Source: Psammoneis japonica (lineage: Eukaryota). Taken from it: a stretch of 64,000 nucleotides of DNA. The position numbers and the translations under genes were made by a program. The notes below the pieces were generated by a model, which worked only from the letters and a program-made list of their open reading frames with translations, made no database searches and was not told the origin of the DNA. Location of the stretch: assembly GCA_008632985.1 (NCBI GenBank), contig QPGO01000001.1, forward strand, positions 590,404 to 654,403, given 5' to 3'. How positions within the stretch are numbered: position 1 is the stretch's first letter; each line of letters begins with the position of its first letter. This document shows, in pieces, positions 26,380 through 39,274 of this stretch.

Positions 26380-28968
26380 GTGATCCACATGCATTCTACG
26401 CAAATCACAGTTGACCTCTTGCCATGGCAGTCAATGACTTTACCCCATCCCACGATGAGGTCAACCCCAATCCTTCCTTCCAATTTCCTGATGAGGTCAA
26501 GTTTGATGACATGGTTTTGGAATGGAGTTGTTTGGTCCCAAGCTCAAAAGCACAATTTCAACATGTGCATCCAAAAAGCAGTTTTTGGAGATGACAAAAT
26601 GGACTCCCTCTCCGCAATTTCTCGCTCTTCCCTTCCTTTGCCACAAGCCGAAGTTGTGTCAAATTCCACATGTTGTGGAAGTCCTCCGCACCAACAACAT
26701 CATCAGGAAAATTCTTGGACACCCTGATGTTTGGTCTCACATCAAGACTCGTGGTTGGTCCCTCAAGAAATCCCGTGTGCTGAAAGGTGAGTGCATGCTT
26801 CATCATCAAAATTTGGAGGAAGCTCTCTGTTTCTCCAAAACACCCAGAGAGACAGTTAAAGAAGAGGAGCACTGCACGCAACTCCACTGCAGCATCAAAG
26901 CCATGGCAGAATTTGTCTGCACAATCATCACCGGTGACAACCCAAAAATGATCCTGTTTCTGGCAAGCCTTGTTTCTGTTTTCTAAAGTGTGACAGTCTC
27001 CAATCATTGATCGACGACCATGCACAAGACCTTCACAGTGCATTCTTTGTCACCAAAATCATTGCGTGTCACATCCAGCACAAACCAAATGACTTCGACC
27101 ATTGGTTCATGCAGATTTTTTGCCATGTCAAGACCCAAAAAGAGTGGCACTTGTTCGTCAGCCAACAGCTTTCCAGTCTTGTGTGATTCTAACGACCAAG
27201 GATCCCAGGTGGATGACATCAAGGAATTCCTTTCACTGGACCAAATCAGCAACATGAAGAACTCTGTGGCAATGGCAGGTGATTCCCTTGCCTGTCGGGA
27301 GGCATGCAAAGAAAAAACAAATTGCGTGTTGAACCACGAATTTGGGAAGCGCTGTCCCAAGGAACGACCGGCACATGACCCAAGTGCAGCAAGTTGCTCA
27401 CAATTCTTTGTTGCTGAATGCGCGATCAGAGGGCTGACTGCATGGATGACCACAACAAATGAGAGCATCATTCCAAAACCAAACTCAAAATCAGGAGAAC
27501 CCGCAAAGATGGCACCTGTTTGCATGATGGCATGTGCCCCCCCCCCCCCCCTTTTTTCTTCATGTCCCACATGCATCAGTCTTCTCATTTTACCCTGTTG
27601 TTTCCATGCGCACCACAAGAGCCTTCTTTGACCATCCCCAACAAGAAGTCCAGGACTGCATCATGCTCAAACCAGGCACGTCCTCCATTGTCTGGTGACG
27701 TGCCATCATCCAGGGAGGTGCACCACACCCTCACTGCCGACCTTCCCACTTTGTCGGAAACTGTGGATTCCAACAAATCTTCTTCTTCCCCGAAAGGTCC
27801 TCCCTCCCAGCCACCCACCTCTCTGCCAGTTGGCACTGCAAAAGGGCTGGTTGCGTCGTCTCCTCCACTGGACCCCAACGACATGTCGTGGCTGGACAAG
27901 TCCACACTCCGCCAGCGCTTTGACCCGCCCAAGTGTCGATCTGTTGCCTCAGACAAAGTTGCCACCCATGTGTCACACCTTCACATCATCGACAAGACAA
28001 CCGACATGGAGTGTGTGCCTCACCATTCTGCCACCAACTTTTACCTTGCAGACAACCTGAGGGAAAACTGGCACATTTTTTCCAACAAATCCCCCCCAAG
28101 CAACCCCACCACCACATCTTGTGTCAGAGCTGAGTGCCCTCCTCACCTGGATCACTGCTCGGACAAACTCTCTGTTGCCCAACAAGCAAACTCTCTTTTC
28201 AAAGGGCACTTTGGTTGCCTTTGTGTGTGCATTCCTGCCCTTTTGCTTTTCATTTTGTTGAAGGGCGAGTCAGATCTCAAACGCAATGGATCACTCACAG
28301 TCAAGAAGGAAGACAGACAAAGGATCAAGATTGGCTGTGCTGGGCGGTTGCATCATCCAAAGGAGCCAGGCTCTGCACAATCTGCCAAACCCAAGGCCAC
28401 ACATGGTCTTGATGTTTTTGATCCTGATGAAAACTTCGACGCAAAAGAGTCATCCAAAATCAAGGCCATGGTGGCTGACATTCTTGACTCAATTCAGCTT
28501 TGCAAAAATGAGGTCGAGCTTTGGAAGCTTGGCAATCCTCCACCATTCAACTGTTGTTGTGAAGACAAGCATGTGGCAATCCGGCGGAGACATTGTCTGA
28601 AAATGAAGAAAGAAAAGATCAGTTGTGAGTTCATTGAGCATTTTGTTGGTTGTGTCAGTGAGGTGACAAACGCGTTTGATCGCATCACTAATTGCTCATG
28701 CGAGGGAAGGTGCAGCGATTTTGTCATTGTCCATTTCGAGGAGGATGCCATGGAAGAATTGGGTTGGAGATCAATTTTGGTGCCAAGTGGCAATCGGAGG
28801 ATTAGAGAACATGGACAAAAGCTTCAGTCATCCACGGGGACCAATTTTCATGCACAAATCTGCACATTTCAAAGTTTCAAATGGAATGATCAAGCCAGAC
28901 ATCGAATTTATCATCAACAATTAATTGCAAAATTTGAGCTGAACATTTTGTCTGTTCCATTTAAATGA
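26380..28968 (+). pseudogene. Decayed long coding region of unknown function, probably transposon cargo
   Basis: Consecutive same-strand ORFs 26522-26986, 27020-27631 and 27520-28968 in TpA-depleted DNA, directly upstream of the companion-gene paralog. Confidence 0.4.
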
Positions 28969-29199
28969 ATGCAACCAAGGATGTTGTTTTCAAAAAAAAT
29001 TGTGAACATTGCCAACTGCAATTGTTTGAGAAGGAAATTACAGTTAAAAATGCATGAAAGTGGGGAGGTGCTGTCACCATCAGAGTGTCAAGAAAGAGGT
29101 TTGAAATTTTGCAAAGCCGGTCTTCCTCTGAAAAGACCTGTTGCACTGCATGATTGCCCAAACTTCATGCCTTTGCCACAACACATTGTGAAAAGTCAA

Positions 29200-30433
29200 G
29201 GGCCATGGGAAGGAAAAAGAAGAAGTCGGAGAAGGAGAGGGCAAAAGAAGAGGTGCCGCCAAACAGCCCGAGGCCTGCAGTGGCGTTGCAGTGGTTGGGA
29301 GCTGCTGGTGATCACAAATCACTGAAGAGAGAGGTGGAAGAGGTGGCACGGAGAGAGCTGTTCCCAAAAGTGAGGTCACTTGTGAAGGCAGACATGGTGA
29401 GTGGTGGCAAGGTGTCATGGCTGATGCAGAAAAACACAGCAGATGGCAAGTTCACTGAGCGCGATTGGGCAGGATCATGGGAGGACTGGGCGAAGAAAAG
29501 CATGCTCAACACAATCAACGCAAAAAGAAACACTGTGTGTCAGATGACAATGAAGAGTGCAATGAGTGGCAAGTGCAGCAGAGGGGGCACATGTCCAAAG
29601 CAGGAATGGGTGTGGTGCTGCTGATGACACTCTCCTTTCCTTGAAGTCATCATGATGGAAAAAGAAGCCAGGGAAATCCGTGGGAGGAATGAACAAGCAA
29701 GGAAGAAATCCAGGAAGCGGAAAAAGGGCAAAGCCAAATTGAAGAAGAATTCCTGGTGACTTGGGAGGATGGGGCGGTTGACACCATTGTGTTTGTGAAG
29801 CAAAAGAACAGGGAAGCGCGTGCATGGTTCTGCGACAACATCCTCAAACACACGAAGAGCACTGCAATGTGGAGAAGGATGGTGGGGTCAGGCAGCACCA
29901 AGGCTGCAGATCTGGCAACAGCAAGTGACAAGGCACTGGCCCTGTTGATGATGGAAAACTGCTGGAAGGTTTGGGAGCTCAAGACCGTGCAGGAGGGAAA
30001 TGACAAAGGGAGCAAAGAGGAAAAACCGGCGCCGCCATTGCACACAGACCTGTCACAACAGCATGACTCTTGGAAGGATGAAAGAACACTGTGCTTCAAT
30101 GCCCTGCTTGGTGAGATAAAAAAAGACAGGGCAAGTGAGCAGGGAGGGCATTTCAACACTTGGCACACCGACCAAAGGAAAAGGGAGAGTGAGTGTAAAG
30201 GGAAAAAAGGAAGAAACACTAAAAAACCAACGAATTTGGAGCAAAGAACGCAAGCAATGACAGAACTTCCCAGCAATGATGAGGAGGACGATGACGCAAC
30301 AGATGCACCAGCCAATCAGAGTGATGAGGAGGAGGATGGAGCCAGCCAAGAAGACAGTGACGGAAGCAAAGAATCAAAAACTCCAGAGCACAGGACAATT
30401 GGAAATGCAGAACAACTGGCACCGCAGCATTGA
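29200..30433 (+). pseudogene. Paralog of the transposon companion gene at 17335-18633; intron at 29569-29646
   Basis: SPRPAVAL...EVEEVARRELFPKV...WAGSWEDWAKK...RNTVC and WFCDNIL...SDKALALLMMENCWKVW align with the first copy. Same intron position and phase. Frameshift near 29750. Confidence 0.7.
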
Positions 30434-32482
30434 CTCAGTGTCAATTGATGATCAATGTTAAAAAGCAAAAGCAATGCATCACTGTTGATTGACAAGAGTG
30501 GACTGAATTCATTGCAAGCATCACTTTAAATGCAAAAACTGGCACGGGACGTGAAACAAACTGATGACATCAATTTTCAGCTTCTGCAGCGGAGGAAGGC
30601 ACATGAACAATGTGAAAAGAGGGGGGCTTTTAGAAAGTTAAAGTTGATTTCTCATGGTTAAAAAGATGTCTCCACAGCTGATTTAATTGACTGTCATGGA
30701 TTAAAATTTGTTGCCAGCTGCACAACTGACAAGGTTTGAAACTGCAAAAATGTCAACAATGAGAAAGGAATGAAAATCACTGTGACAAGGCATTGGATGA
30801 TCACTGCATTGCAGCCTCTGATGTGCAGAAAAGTTCATTTGGTTGCAATGGCATGTGGCATCACTTGACAATGAATGTTGCATGTGTCAATGCCAGCCTG
30901 CCTTGGACATGAGTGTTGCCCGAGAATGAACTTGTGTCTATGAGGGTGTTTTTCAAGGTTCTTGATCAAGTGCCGCTGTGCCAGTGCTCTTGAAAGACAT
31001 GCACTGGGTCAGGGAGAGATGACAAATTTGTGAATGTGTTGTTTTCTCAACTGACAAGGTTTTCTCATTGAAGTCTTTCTCTGAACTGCTTCTGGTGAAG
31101 ATCAGGAGAGAGCAAGCGAGCAAAGAGCAGACAAAAATCAGAGGAACCACCACAATGTGTTCTCATTGCCTTGAACAAAAATGCACAAAGAATGGCACAA
31201 AAAGCACAAAAGAGGATCTGAGGGAAGTCAGTTGCCAAAACCCAGTGTCCATCACATGGCACCATGATCCATCATGATGTCGGCAGGTCTGGCTGAGACA
31301 CTTGCTCTTTTCCTTACATTTCTCCATAAAACAGGAGGTCTGCAGCTCGTACGTCAGTCCATCCTCAGCCGTCACTGCAGGACTCGCGCACATTTCTACA
31401 TGGACAATGCCAAGGACCATGTTTCCGCCACATTTTTCTTGTCTCCGAAAAGTCAACCCAAAATGAAACCACTCGCAAAGCCCGATGAGGCCAGTCACAC
31501 GATCCGTTTGCTGCGACACAATGCCCACAAAACGCAAGTCACCATGATGCAACACTCGTTCCCTTTTCTCCTTTCCTTGTTGTGCCCTGCCGCGGTGATT
31601 GCTGGCAATTCAAAGGTGTGCTGCTTTCACACATTGTGTCTGTGTCAAAAGGTCCACAGCACACGATTTACGATTTGACTCGGAAGTCATGCGACTCATG
31701 AACACAGCAATGCCACCTCCGGCATTGGCGTTGGCAATGCGACGTTGACCAAGTTCGATTGGGATGTCCACAAGCTCAATGTGACGGTCTTGCCATCGCT
31801 TCCGGTCAATGTGTTTGACAATTGCAACATTGTTGCGGTCTATGAACACAATGGCAAGACACCCATTGCTCCCCGCAATCTCATTTTGGTCAGCTTGAAC
31901 TTCACACCATCACCAACAGAGGCCACCCATGGCCCACGGCAACCTCGAGAGGTCAAAATGAAGATTGGAAAGCAGTGTGAGAACTCAAAAGCACTGGGCA
32001 AGAAGAGTCCCCAACTCTTGGCTACCTCAATTTCCGTGTTTGTCTAGATCTCATTCTTGTCAATGCCTTTTGTTCGAGGCAACTTTTTGAGCGTGTGTGA
32101 TTCCCCGCTCCCCGCATTGCCGTCAATTTGTCGATGCCGTTCCGGCGAATTTCCGTGAAAACAAGGTTTCCTTGCGAGCCAAGGTGGATGAAAATGTGGA
32201 GGCAATGAATGTTGGAATGTGCTCGTCACTGCGTGCCAATGCGATCGCATGTTGCAAGTTTGTGTCAACGACACCATTGCCGACATGTTGTCAGACAAAG
32301 CAATTCGCATGGAATCCAACTGCCACAACGTGCTGTTTGCGGGCGTCGAGTCTTTGGACCTTGTCATGAATGACAAGGTTGCCTGTCCACCCACTCGCAA
32401 CGCTCTGCCCAACACTGTGACGACATTGACACCACCACGGATGATCCGTTTCCGTGGTGGATCATTGTCATGTGCATCCCCA

Positions 32483-32610
32483 TCCCTGCTCATTTTTCAC
32501 GAGCTCTAATTTGCACAGAAGCCACATGTTGGTTTCTGTGCATTTACGTAGATTTTGCACCAATCGCATGTAGAGGTGGGTTGTTTGCCGGCCCTGACAA
32601 ACTCTTTCTC
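32483..32610 (-). repeat. Dispersed repeat, inverted homolog of 46329-46458
   Basis: Reverse complement shares gagaaagagtt, caaaatctacgtaaatgcacaga, tctgtgcaaatt(a/c)gagctcgt and agcaggga. Confidence 0.8.
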
Positions 32611-34185
32611 AGACATGGTGTGTTTTTCACAACGACCGGCACATGACACCGGCTCGGTGGACAGGTTTCGAGTTCTTTTCACGTGGATCTTGCCGCAGAC
32701 ATGCGGCACTCAGATTCATTTCAGTGCAAATCTACGCAGCTTTGTCGCAGATGGCACAGAAACCTGTGGCAAGGCTCTGTGCCATTGAAAATGCTCAGGA
32801 CCTTGCCACGCGTTTCTGTGCACAAGCAGGGCTGTGGGCTGTGTGGCCTTGTGCTTTTGTTGCCGTCGCTTGAAACGCAATTGGTTGAATTGTCTCCGTT
32901 GAGGGACAGTCACGAGGGAAGTTGGGGACTGGAACAAAGATTTGCAGGAACAACAGCACAGGCTCAAGAAAAAATCTTTGCACTGCACTGTGCTGCAGTC
33001 ACCAACATTTTACAAGCCAGCGTGTCTCCAGAAAGAGCTGCTGATCATGCCAGCAGCCTGCTGTGTGGGTGGCAAAGGGTTGTTGATGCTGAGTTCCTTG
33101 ACTCCTTTGCAAAAGTGCACTTGGCAACACCCAGATGCTCCCTGCAGCGCTGAAGACTGTCCAATCGACAGTCTCTCATCTCTCTTTGTGGAAACTTGCA
33201 TTGTTGGCAAAAGGTCATCAACAATTTGGCACTTCTTTACCCCAGAAGCAGCAACAAGAACAACTGTTACGTGATCACCACGGGATGCCGGAAGACCGGT
33301 CAAAACTCATCACATCACTTTGTGCACTCACGCAGAACTTTTCGCGGCATTGTGAGGAACGCACAGATTTCGTAAATGCGATGTTAAAAACACACCATGC
33401 ATCTCACCAACATGTCCTGAGTCACTTTTTTTCTTCAGATGAGGGGGGTTGCACCCCTTGACACACCGACAAGTTTCGTCGCGATCACCCAACCAAAGAA
33501 GGGCTCCGGGCAGAGAAGCTCCTCACTCGCATCATTGCTGCAGTCTCTGATCCTAAGGTCAAGATCTGAATCACGGACACAGATGCACTTGTTAGGCACC
33601 AACAGCTTTGATGCGGCCGTCATCGCCCTCCTCCCACGTTTGAACGATGTTCCATGCAGAGCTCCCACAAGCAGCGGGAACCAAGTTGTTGCTGCCAGAA
33701 CCACTGCTGCAACAGCTGAGGCAACGTCCGTGACGAGAGTTCTTGATCTCTCTGCTGACACGATCATGTTCCCATTTCTGCAAAGAATCGCCGTCGCAAT
33801 TTGCGAGACAGAGTCCATCACACAGCAAGACCCACCTGAGATCTCCATCCATGTAGATGCCGCAATGTTCGTGCATTTTGGAATTGCGCAACCTGAATGT
33901 GAAAGAACACATCGAACTTGTCATAAAAAATCTTCACATTTTTTTCAAATCCGAGTGGTTGATGAGTTTCAGCGTGTGAACCAAAATGTCCGACAAGCTG
34001 AGGCTGATGCAGAGGTCATGATTTAAGACCCATGCAGAAATGTGCATGATTTGAGCACTGGAGAATAGACCGCGCCACGCAAGGGCCAAGATTTTTCTGG
34101 GGGGTAAAAAGGGTGGCAATCGACTGCTCTCGTCGTGCTCTTTCGAACGCGATGCTTCTCGAATTTTTTCGACCAAAAGAAAATT

Positions 34186-36547
34186 CTACGCGCTGTTTGC
34201 ACTGCGACCCACGACGGTTCTTAATTTGTGCCAGGTCTTGTTCTGTGATGGACTCCAGGCATTGGCAGAAGTTGTTGACCACCAACAACGGGAGCTGACG
34301 CAGAAATTGCCATGGGTCGCGCTGACAATCTGAGTCCCAGTGACAACTTGAGGGTCCAAGCACTCTTTGGTGTTGGTGCAGGAGCAATCACCTTCCTTGC
34401 ACGTCTCTTCACAGCAGTCGCCGCCATCCCACCCACATGCGGCTGTGTTGCAAGCTCCACACTTGTTGCAACATCCATCTCCAATCCAATGGGGACTAGA
34501 GACATTGCAGGTCGTCTTCAATGGAGTGAACGCATTGACATGTGAGCTTGACAAAATTGAAAAGTCCGTCCACACAACATTTGAGAGGCATTGCTTGCTT
34601 CTGCAGGTTTGTAAGCCGCAACCGTCTCTGTGTGCTCTTGGATCTGAAGTGCGTTGTTTGCGTCTTCGTCACCAATGGGTTGTCCATTGCACTCAAAAAT
34701 CCGATTGGAAAATTGCTGCACCTGAGGACAACCACTGCATTTGTTGCAGCTCATGATTGACCAAAATTCATCCTCTGGGTCAATGTGTCCATGGCTGCTC
34801 CCCGCTGCACTGTCCGTTGGGCAATCGTGGCGAGCGCCCTGGGAGCCGTCACACAAGAATCGGAGCAAAGGTGAGCACATGCCTGCTCGAGCAAGTCATC
34901 AAAAGCAAATCCTGACATTTTCATGTAGACTCTGGGATGCTTACAAACAAGTGGGCTGCCTCATGTGCAAACGTGAAATGACCAGATGCTGGAGTCCTTT
35001 CCACGACCGCAAACCCAACCTTCTCCTCACAGATGCAAGATCCAATGCTTGAAGCCCTTCCAGTGATGCCCGCCAAAATGAATGCAATGACAATGTCAGC
35101 ACCAACTTCCGATCGAGTTTGGCCGCATTCCAAGTGTCCATCATTGTCTTTGGCTAGATGCGTGAGAACAGTCTTTGATGTCCAAGAAGTTTCGTCACAG
35201 CTGGTGTCATGAACAGTTTTCACAAGGCGGAGCCGTGTTGAGACGCCCGACAATTCAAATGCAACATTCGTTTCTTGCACAGCCAAGGCAATGAGATGCT
35301 CAATTGGCGCATCATCAGACCCTCCTCCATCTTCTGCCTTCATGGCCCTGTCAGTGCATGCTGCCATCACATCAATCATGCCAGCCCCGCCTCCACCGCA
35401 AACACAGCAGGCTTCAGTGGCGGTTAGACCAAAGTTGTTGCAGCAACTTCCATCTGTCTTGCAGCGGTTCGGATCAGAGTTGCACCAAGCACAATTGTGT
35501 GTAGGACCACCTGAATCACACCATTCCCCATGCCACCCAAGTCTGTCTTGGCAACTGCCTCCTCCGCCGCAGGCGCAGCAGGCCTGATTTGCAGCACATC
35601 CGGCAAACTCACAATTGCCACTGCACCATGAACAGCAGTTGCTGTTGCTGGCATGCCAATCACAGTCGCAGAAGGGACCATCAGAATCGTGCCAGCCCAG
35701 AACATCCTCGCACTGCTGCAGGTTTCAATGAACCGGGGATGCTTTTGAATGAGTCAAAGCAAGGGATCGCAGTCCTCCACCAGAGTCTTCGTCATCATCG
35801 TCCTCCTCGGGAAGGTCTGCTGACTCCAAAACAGTGATTCGCACAAGTCTCTCATCTTGGTTTTTCTTCACAGTGTTCAACTGATAAATGGCGCCTTCGT
35901 CATCTGTGATGGATCCAACAATGTTGCCGTCATCATCTTGAATGAGATTGGCTGTGCCCATTGAAGAGTCTTTGAGTTGACCAAACCAAGCCTTGACTTT
36001 CATGGAGGCACCGCCACGGTCCTTGTTCTTTTTCTTGCCATTTGCCTTTCTGTTTGCTCCCTCTTTGATTTCGCTTTGCTCTTTTTCTGCCTGCTTGAGC
36101 AGGTTGGCGCTCACAACAGTCTTTGACTTTTTATGATTGAAAGTCAGCTTTTTCTTTGAGGCAAGACCCTTGAAGCGGAGCCCCGTTACTTTTGTTAGAT
36201 CAGAAATGTCAAAACCTGAAACACCCAACTCACCAATCACGACAGGGATGTTTCCAACAATCGACAACTGGGGTTTGCCCTTGGGCAAAATTTTTCATGA
36301 CGGTTGCATCATCATAAAGAGCTTCACACTCGCTTTCGTAGGTGATGCCGTTGTCTCCACATGCTTTTGGAGGTCCATCGTTGCAGTCGGGTGGGGGCTT
36401 TGTCATTTCACCCACATCAGGAGGTGGCTCTCCGTTGCCGTTCTCATTGCCGTTGCCACCATTCGTAAGTCCACGGAGAGATGGATCGGCATTGTCAGCA
36501 CTGGCAGCAGCAATGAGGAAGAACAGGGGTTGAAGAAAGATCTTCAT
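34186..36547 (-). pseudogene. Secreted reprolysin/M12B-like zinc metalloprotease with Cys-rich repeats and an LNR-like domain; intron at 34839-34944
   Basis: Signal peptide MKIFLQPLFFLIAAASA; IDVM...AVQETNVAFELSGV...RLRLV. Splicing GTAAGC...CAG gives HEAAHLF-GARH (HExxHxxGxxH), followed by Met-turn SIMS. WIGDG..CN...CGWDGGDCC and EACCVCGGG motifs present. Frameshifts present. Confidence 0.85.
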
Positions 36548-39086
36548 CAACGATTTGCACCTTCGCAAAGTGTTCACACGTTTTTCATTTTGTGAGCACT
36601 GCAGATCCCAACAAGCAAAATCCAGTCCGTGATTGGATTGCTCTAAAACAATGTTTCATCTTCGCGATTTTACTTTCCAGTCGCGCCAACAAGAACATTT
36701 CATTGGTGCAGATGCACGATTCATGTTCATGCAGCAGTTGCTTTTGTGTGGTGACCCACCATCGCGCCAACACACACTTTTCATTGGATCGGGAGTGTGT
36801 CGCGAGATTTTTTTAACCTCCGATCGTGATTGGATCGAGCTGAAAATTGCATTTTCATTGGAGCAGATTTGCATTCACTCTTTTTGCACGCTTGGACTCT
36901 CGGTTTCCTTGGATCTTGGATTTCAACTTGGACTGTCGGGACTTGTTTGCCACAATGGAAAACGCGAATGTTGATCATGTTTTTTTTGTCCGTGATAGAT
37001 GCTCGCGTGCTCGTGTGGGGCAGTGATGACGCACAGACGCGGGTGTCTCCGGTGAGATCGTGTTGTGCCGCGCCGCCCGCTAGATCGTAGAAAAAAGTCT
37101 GTGCGCCAGTGCGTTGTGGGGTCAGCCTTGGTAAAAATGTTTTTGGCACTCATCAGAGAAGACGCACAATCTGTCCAGCGTTCACCAGAACCCTGAACAC
37201 ACAGATTGACAGTTTGTTTCAGCACAAGTTCTGCATGAGTTTGTTTCCTGATGTCCCCGCAAATGCAAAATGCCCACAACAAGCAGCGCAGCTCTCTCAA
37301 AAAAAAATTGGGGCGCCCGCAGCTGCCAGCCCAGAAGCTGCTTGGCCTTTTCATCACAAGCAACGTCAAACTGACAATGGTGTCCTTGCCAACAACTTCT
37401 GTGATGCCAAAGAGTTGCAGAGAAGAGAGTGGCTGCCACATTTGCAGAGCTGGGGTTTGGCACACAGTCGCGTGCAGTGTTGCTTTGCTCTTCATGTGGA
37501 AGCTGGTGGGGAGAAGCTGAGCCACTTGCCGGGAGATGCAAATGGCCAGACCTCTCTGGCAACTCTGACAAGCTCACTTTGTTTTCAGGTGTTGTGCTTG
37601 TTGATCTTGGAGAGTCAACAAATGCAAAGGGGGCTTGAAGTGTGTTTTGATTGCCAGGCATCACCAGATGGCATCCAGAAAACAGAAAATGGCGCACTTT
37701 GACAAGGGCAAGAAGATGCCAGCTCCGCTGTGGTTGGCAGAGCTTGCAAAGCTTTTGTTCCACAAACCTGACAAATGCTTCTCTCTGAAGTTAAAAAATG
37801 CAAGCCTTGACTCTTTCTCTTGTGGCCTGCCCAAATTTGAAATGAGGCAATCTTGCATCAAAGCAGCAGGGCCATTGTGGGAGAACAGCAAGTTGCTTTT
37901 GCAAAGCTGGACAGTTGCAAAGAAATGTGTGAAAGGTGCTCATGGTGATTGCATCAATGAAAGACAACAAGAGTGTGCCAATGAAGAAAATGATCTGCCA
38001 CAGATGGAAGAGAGGCGAGTGCTGGCTGCTGCTGCATGGGATGCAGTGAAAGTTCTGAGAAAACAAACAAGCAGTGGGCAGAGCATCACATGCATCAGAA
38101 GTCTTCTCCATCAGAAAGTGATGATCAACAATCTTCTGCTTCCCACTTGTCAGGGGATGCTGAGCAGCTTGTTGCAGCTCTCTTGACAGCAGTGCTGTCA
38201 AGTTGTTGCCGTTGTGGCACAAGAGCAACCCACGGGGGCAGTCAAAGACATGTTTCGGCATGTCACACTTGAAGAGCTGCAGAGCTCTGTGATCAGACAT
38301 TTTTCTTCACATTTAAGAATCGGAATTTCCAGAATTCATCTTGACTGGGGTGCTGGAAAACTCCAGTGCAAGCCAAAACATCCAAGTCCGATTGAGCAGG
38401 GGCTGCCAGCCAGGCATTTTGCCCAGCACTGCCCAGCACAGAAAATTGCCTTCCAAGAGTTTGGTGCATCACAAACATGCAGTGAGTTCCTGCCTGTCCT
38501 TCCAGCACCTTGTGACTGAGGTTGAGAGAATGGATCTCACCAGGAATTCACTCATGCTTGGTGGCAAGGACACACCTTGTGAAGCAAAGTGCAAAGATGG
38601 CACTGCACACCAAAACAAGAGCAGCAGCAAGATGGGCTGCTTGGCATGTCAGTGGGTCAACTTTGTCACAAATTGTGCTTTGTTGTTTGAGCATGCTTGA
38701 GCCTGTGGAGGACACACTGAAGAGAGCAAGCTTGTGGAAATCACTGGGTTGCATCCCAAAGAAAAAGCCCCCATTGCAGACTGGACAGATTGTGCAAAAA
38801 TGCATGGGCAGTGCAAGACCGTGGTGAGCTGGATGTGGCAGTCAGACCTCCTGCGGCAATGAGGGGCAAGCTTGATGAACTCATGCTGGATGTTCAAGCT
38901 GATGATGGGTGAAAGCAGATGTGAGTGCACTGGTGGGTCTGAATTGATTGATTTGTTGGAGGCAGATGCAGGTTCAGAACTTGCCTCTGACAGCTCTGGT
39001 GGTGGCAGCTGGAGTGACACAATGAGCTCCATGGATGACAATGACAGTGACACAGCTGGTGTGAAATCTGACTCTTTTTCAGAAGG

Positions 39087-39223
39087 AGGCTCTCCTGCAG
39101 ATGCAACCACAGCATGTGCCACAACAGTTGAAAAGGTTGGTGCATGGTTCAGTGAACAAAGGCTCTCCTGCAGATGCAACCACAGCATGTGCCACAACAG
39201 TTGAAAAGGTTGGTGCATGGTTC
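39087..39223. repeat. Perfect 64 bp direct duplication (73 bp period)
   Basis: aggctctcctgcagatgcaaccacagcatgtgccacaacagttgaaaaggttggtgcatggttc at 39087 and 39160. Confidence 0.95.
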
Positions 39224-39274
39224 GGCAAACAAGCCACATTGACAGAGCACACTGTCAAGCTGCAAGAAGCCAGG

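Noticed and set aside
38480..38770. RecQ/SF2 helicase remnant (QGAGRTGR on the minus strand)
   Set aside because: A single motif, with only a poor Walker A candidate too close upstream; insufficient support.
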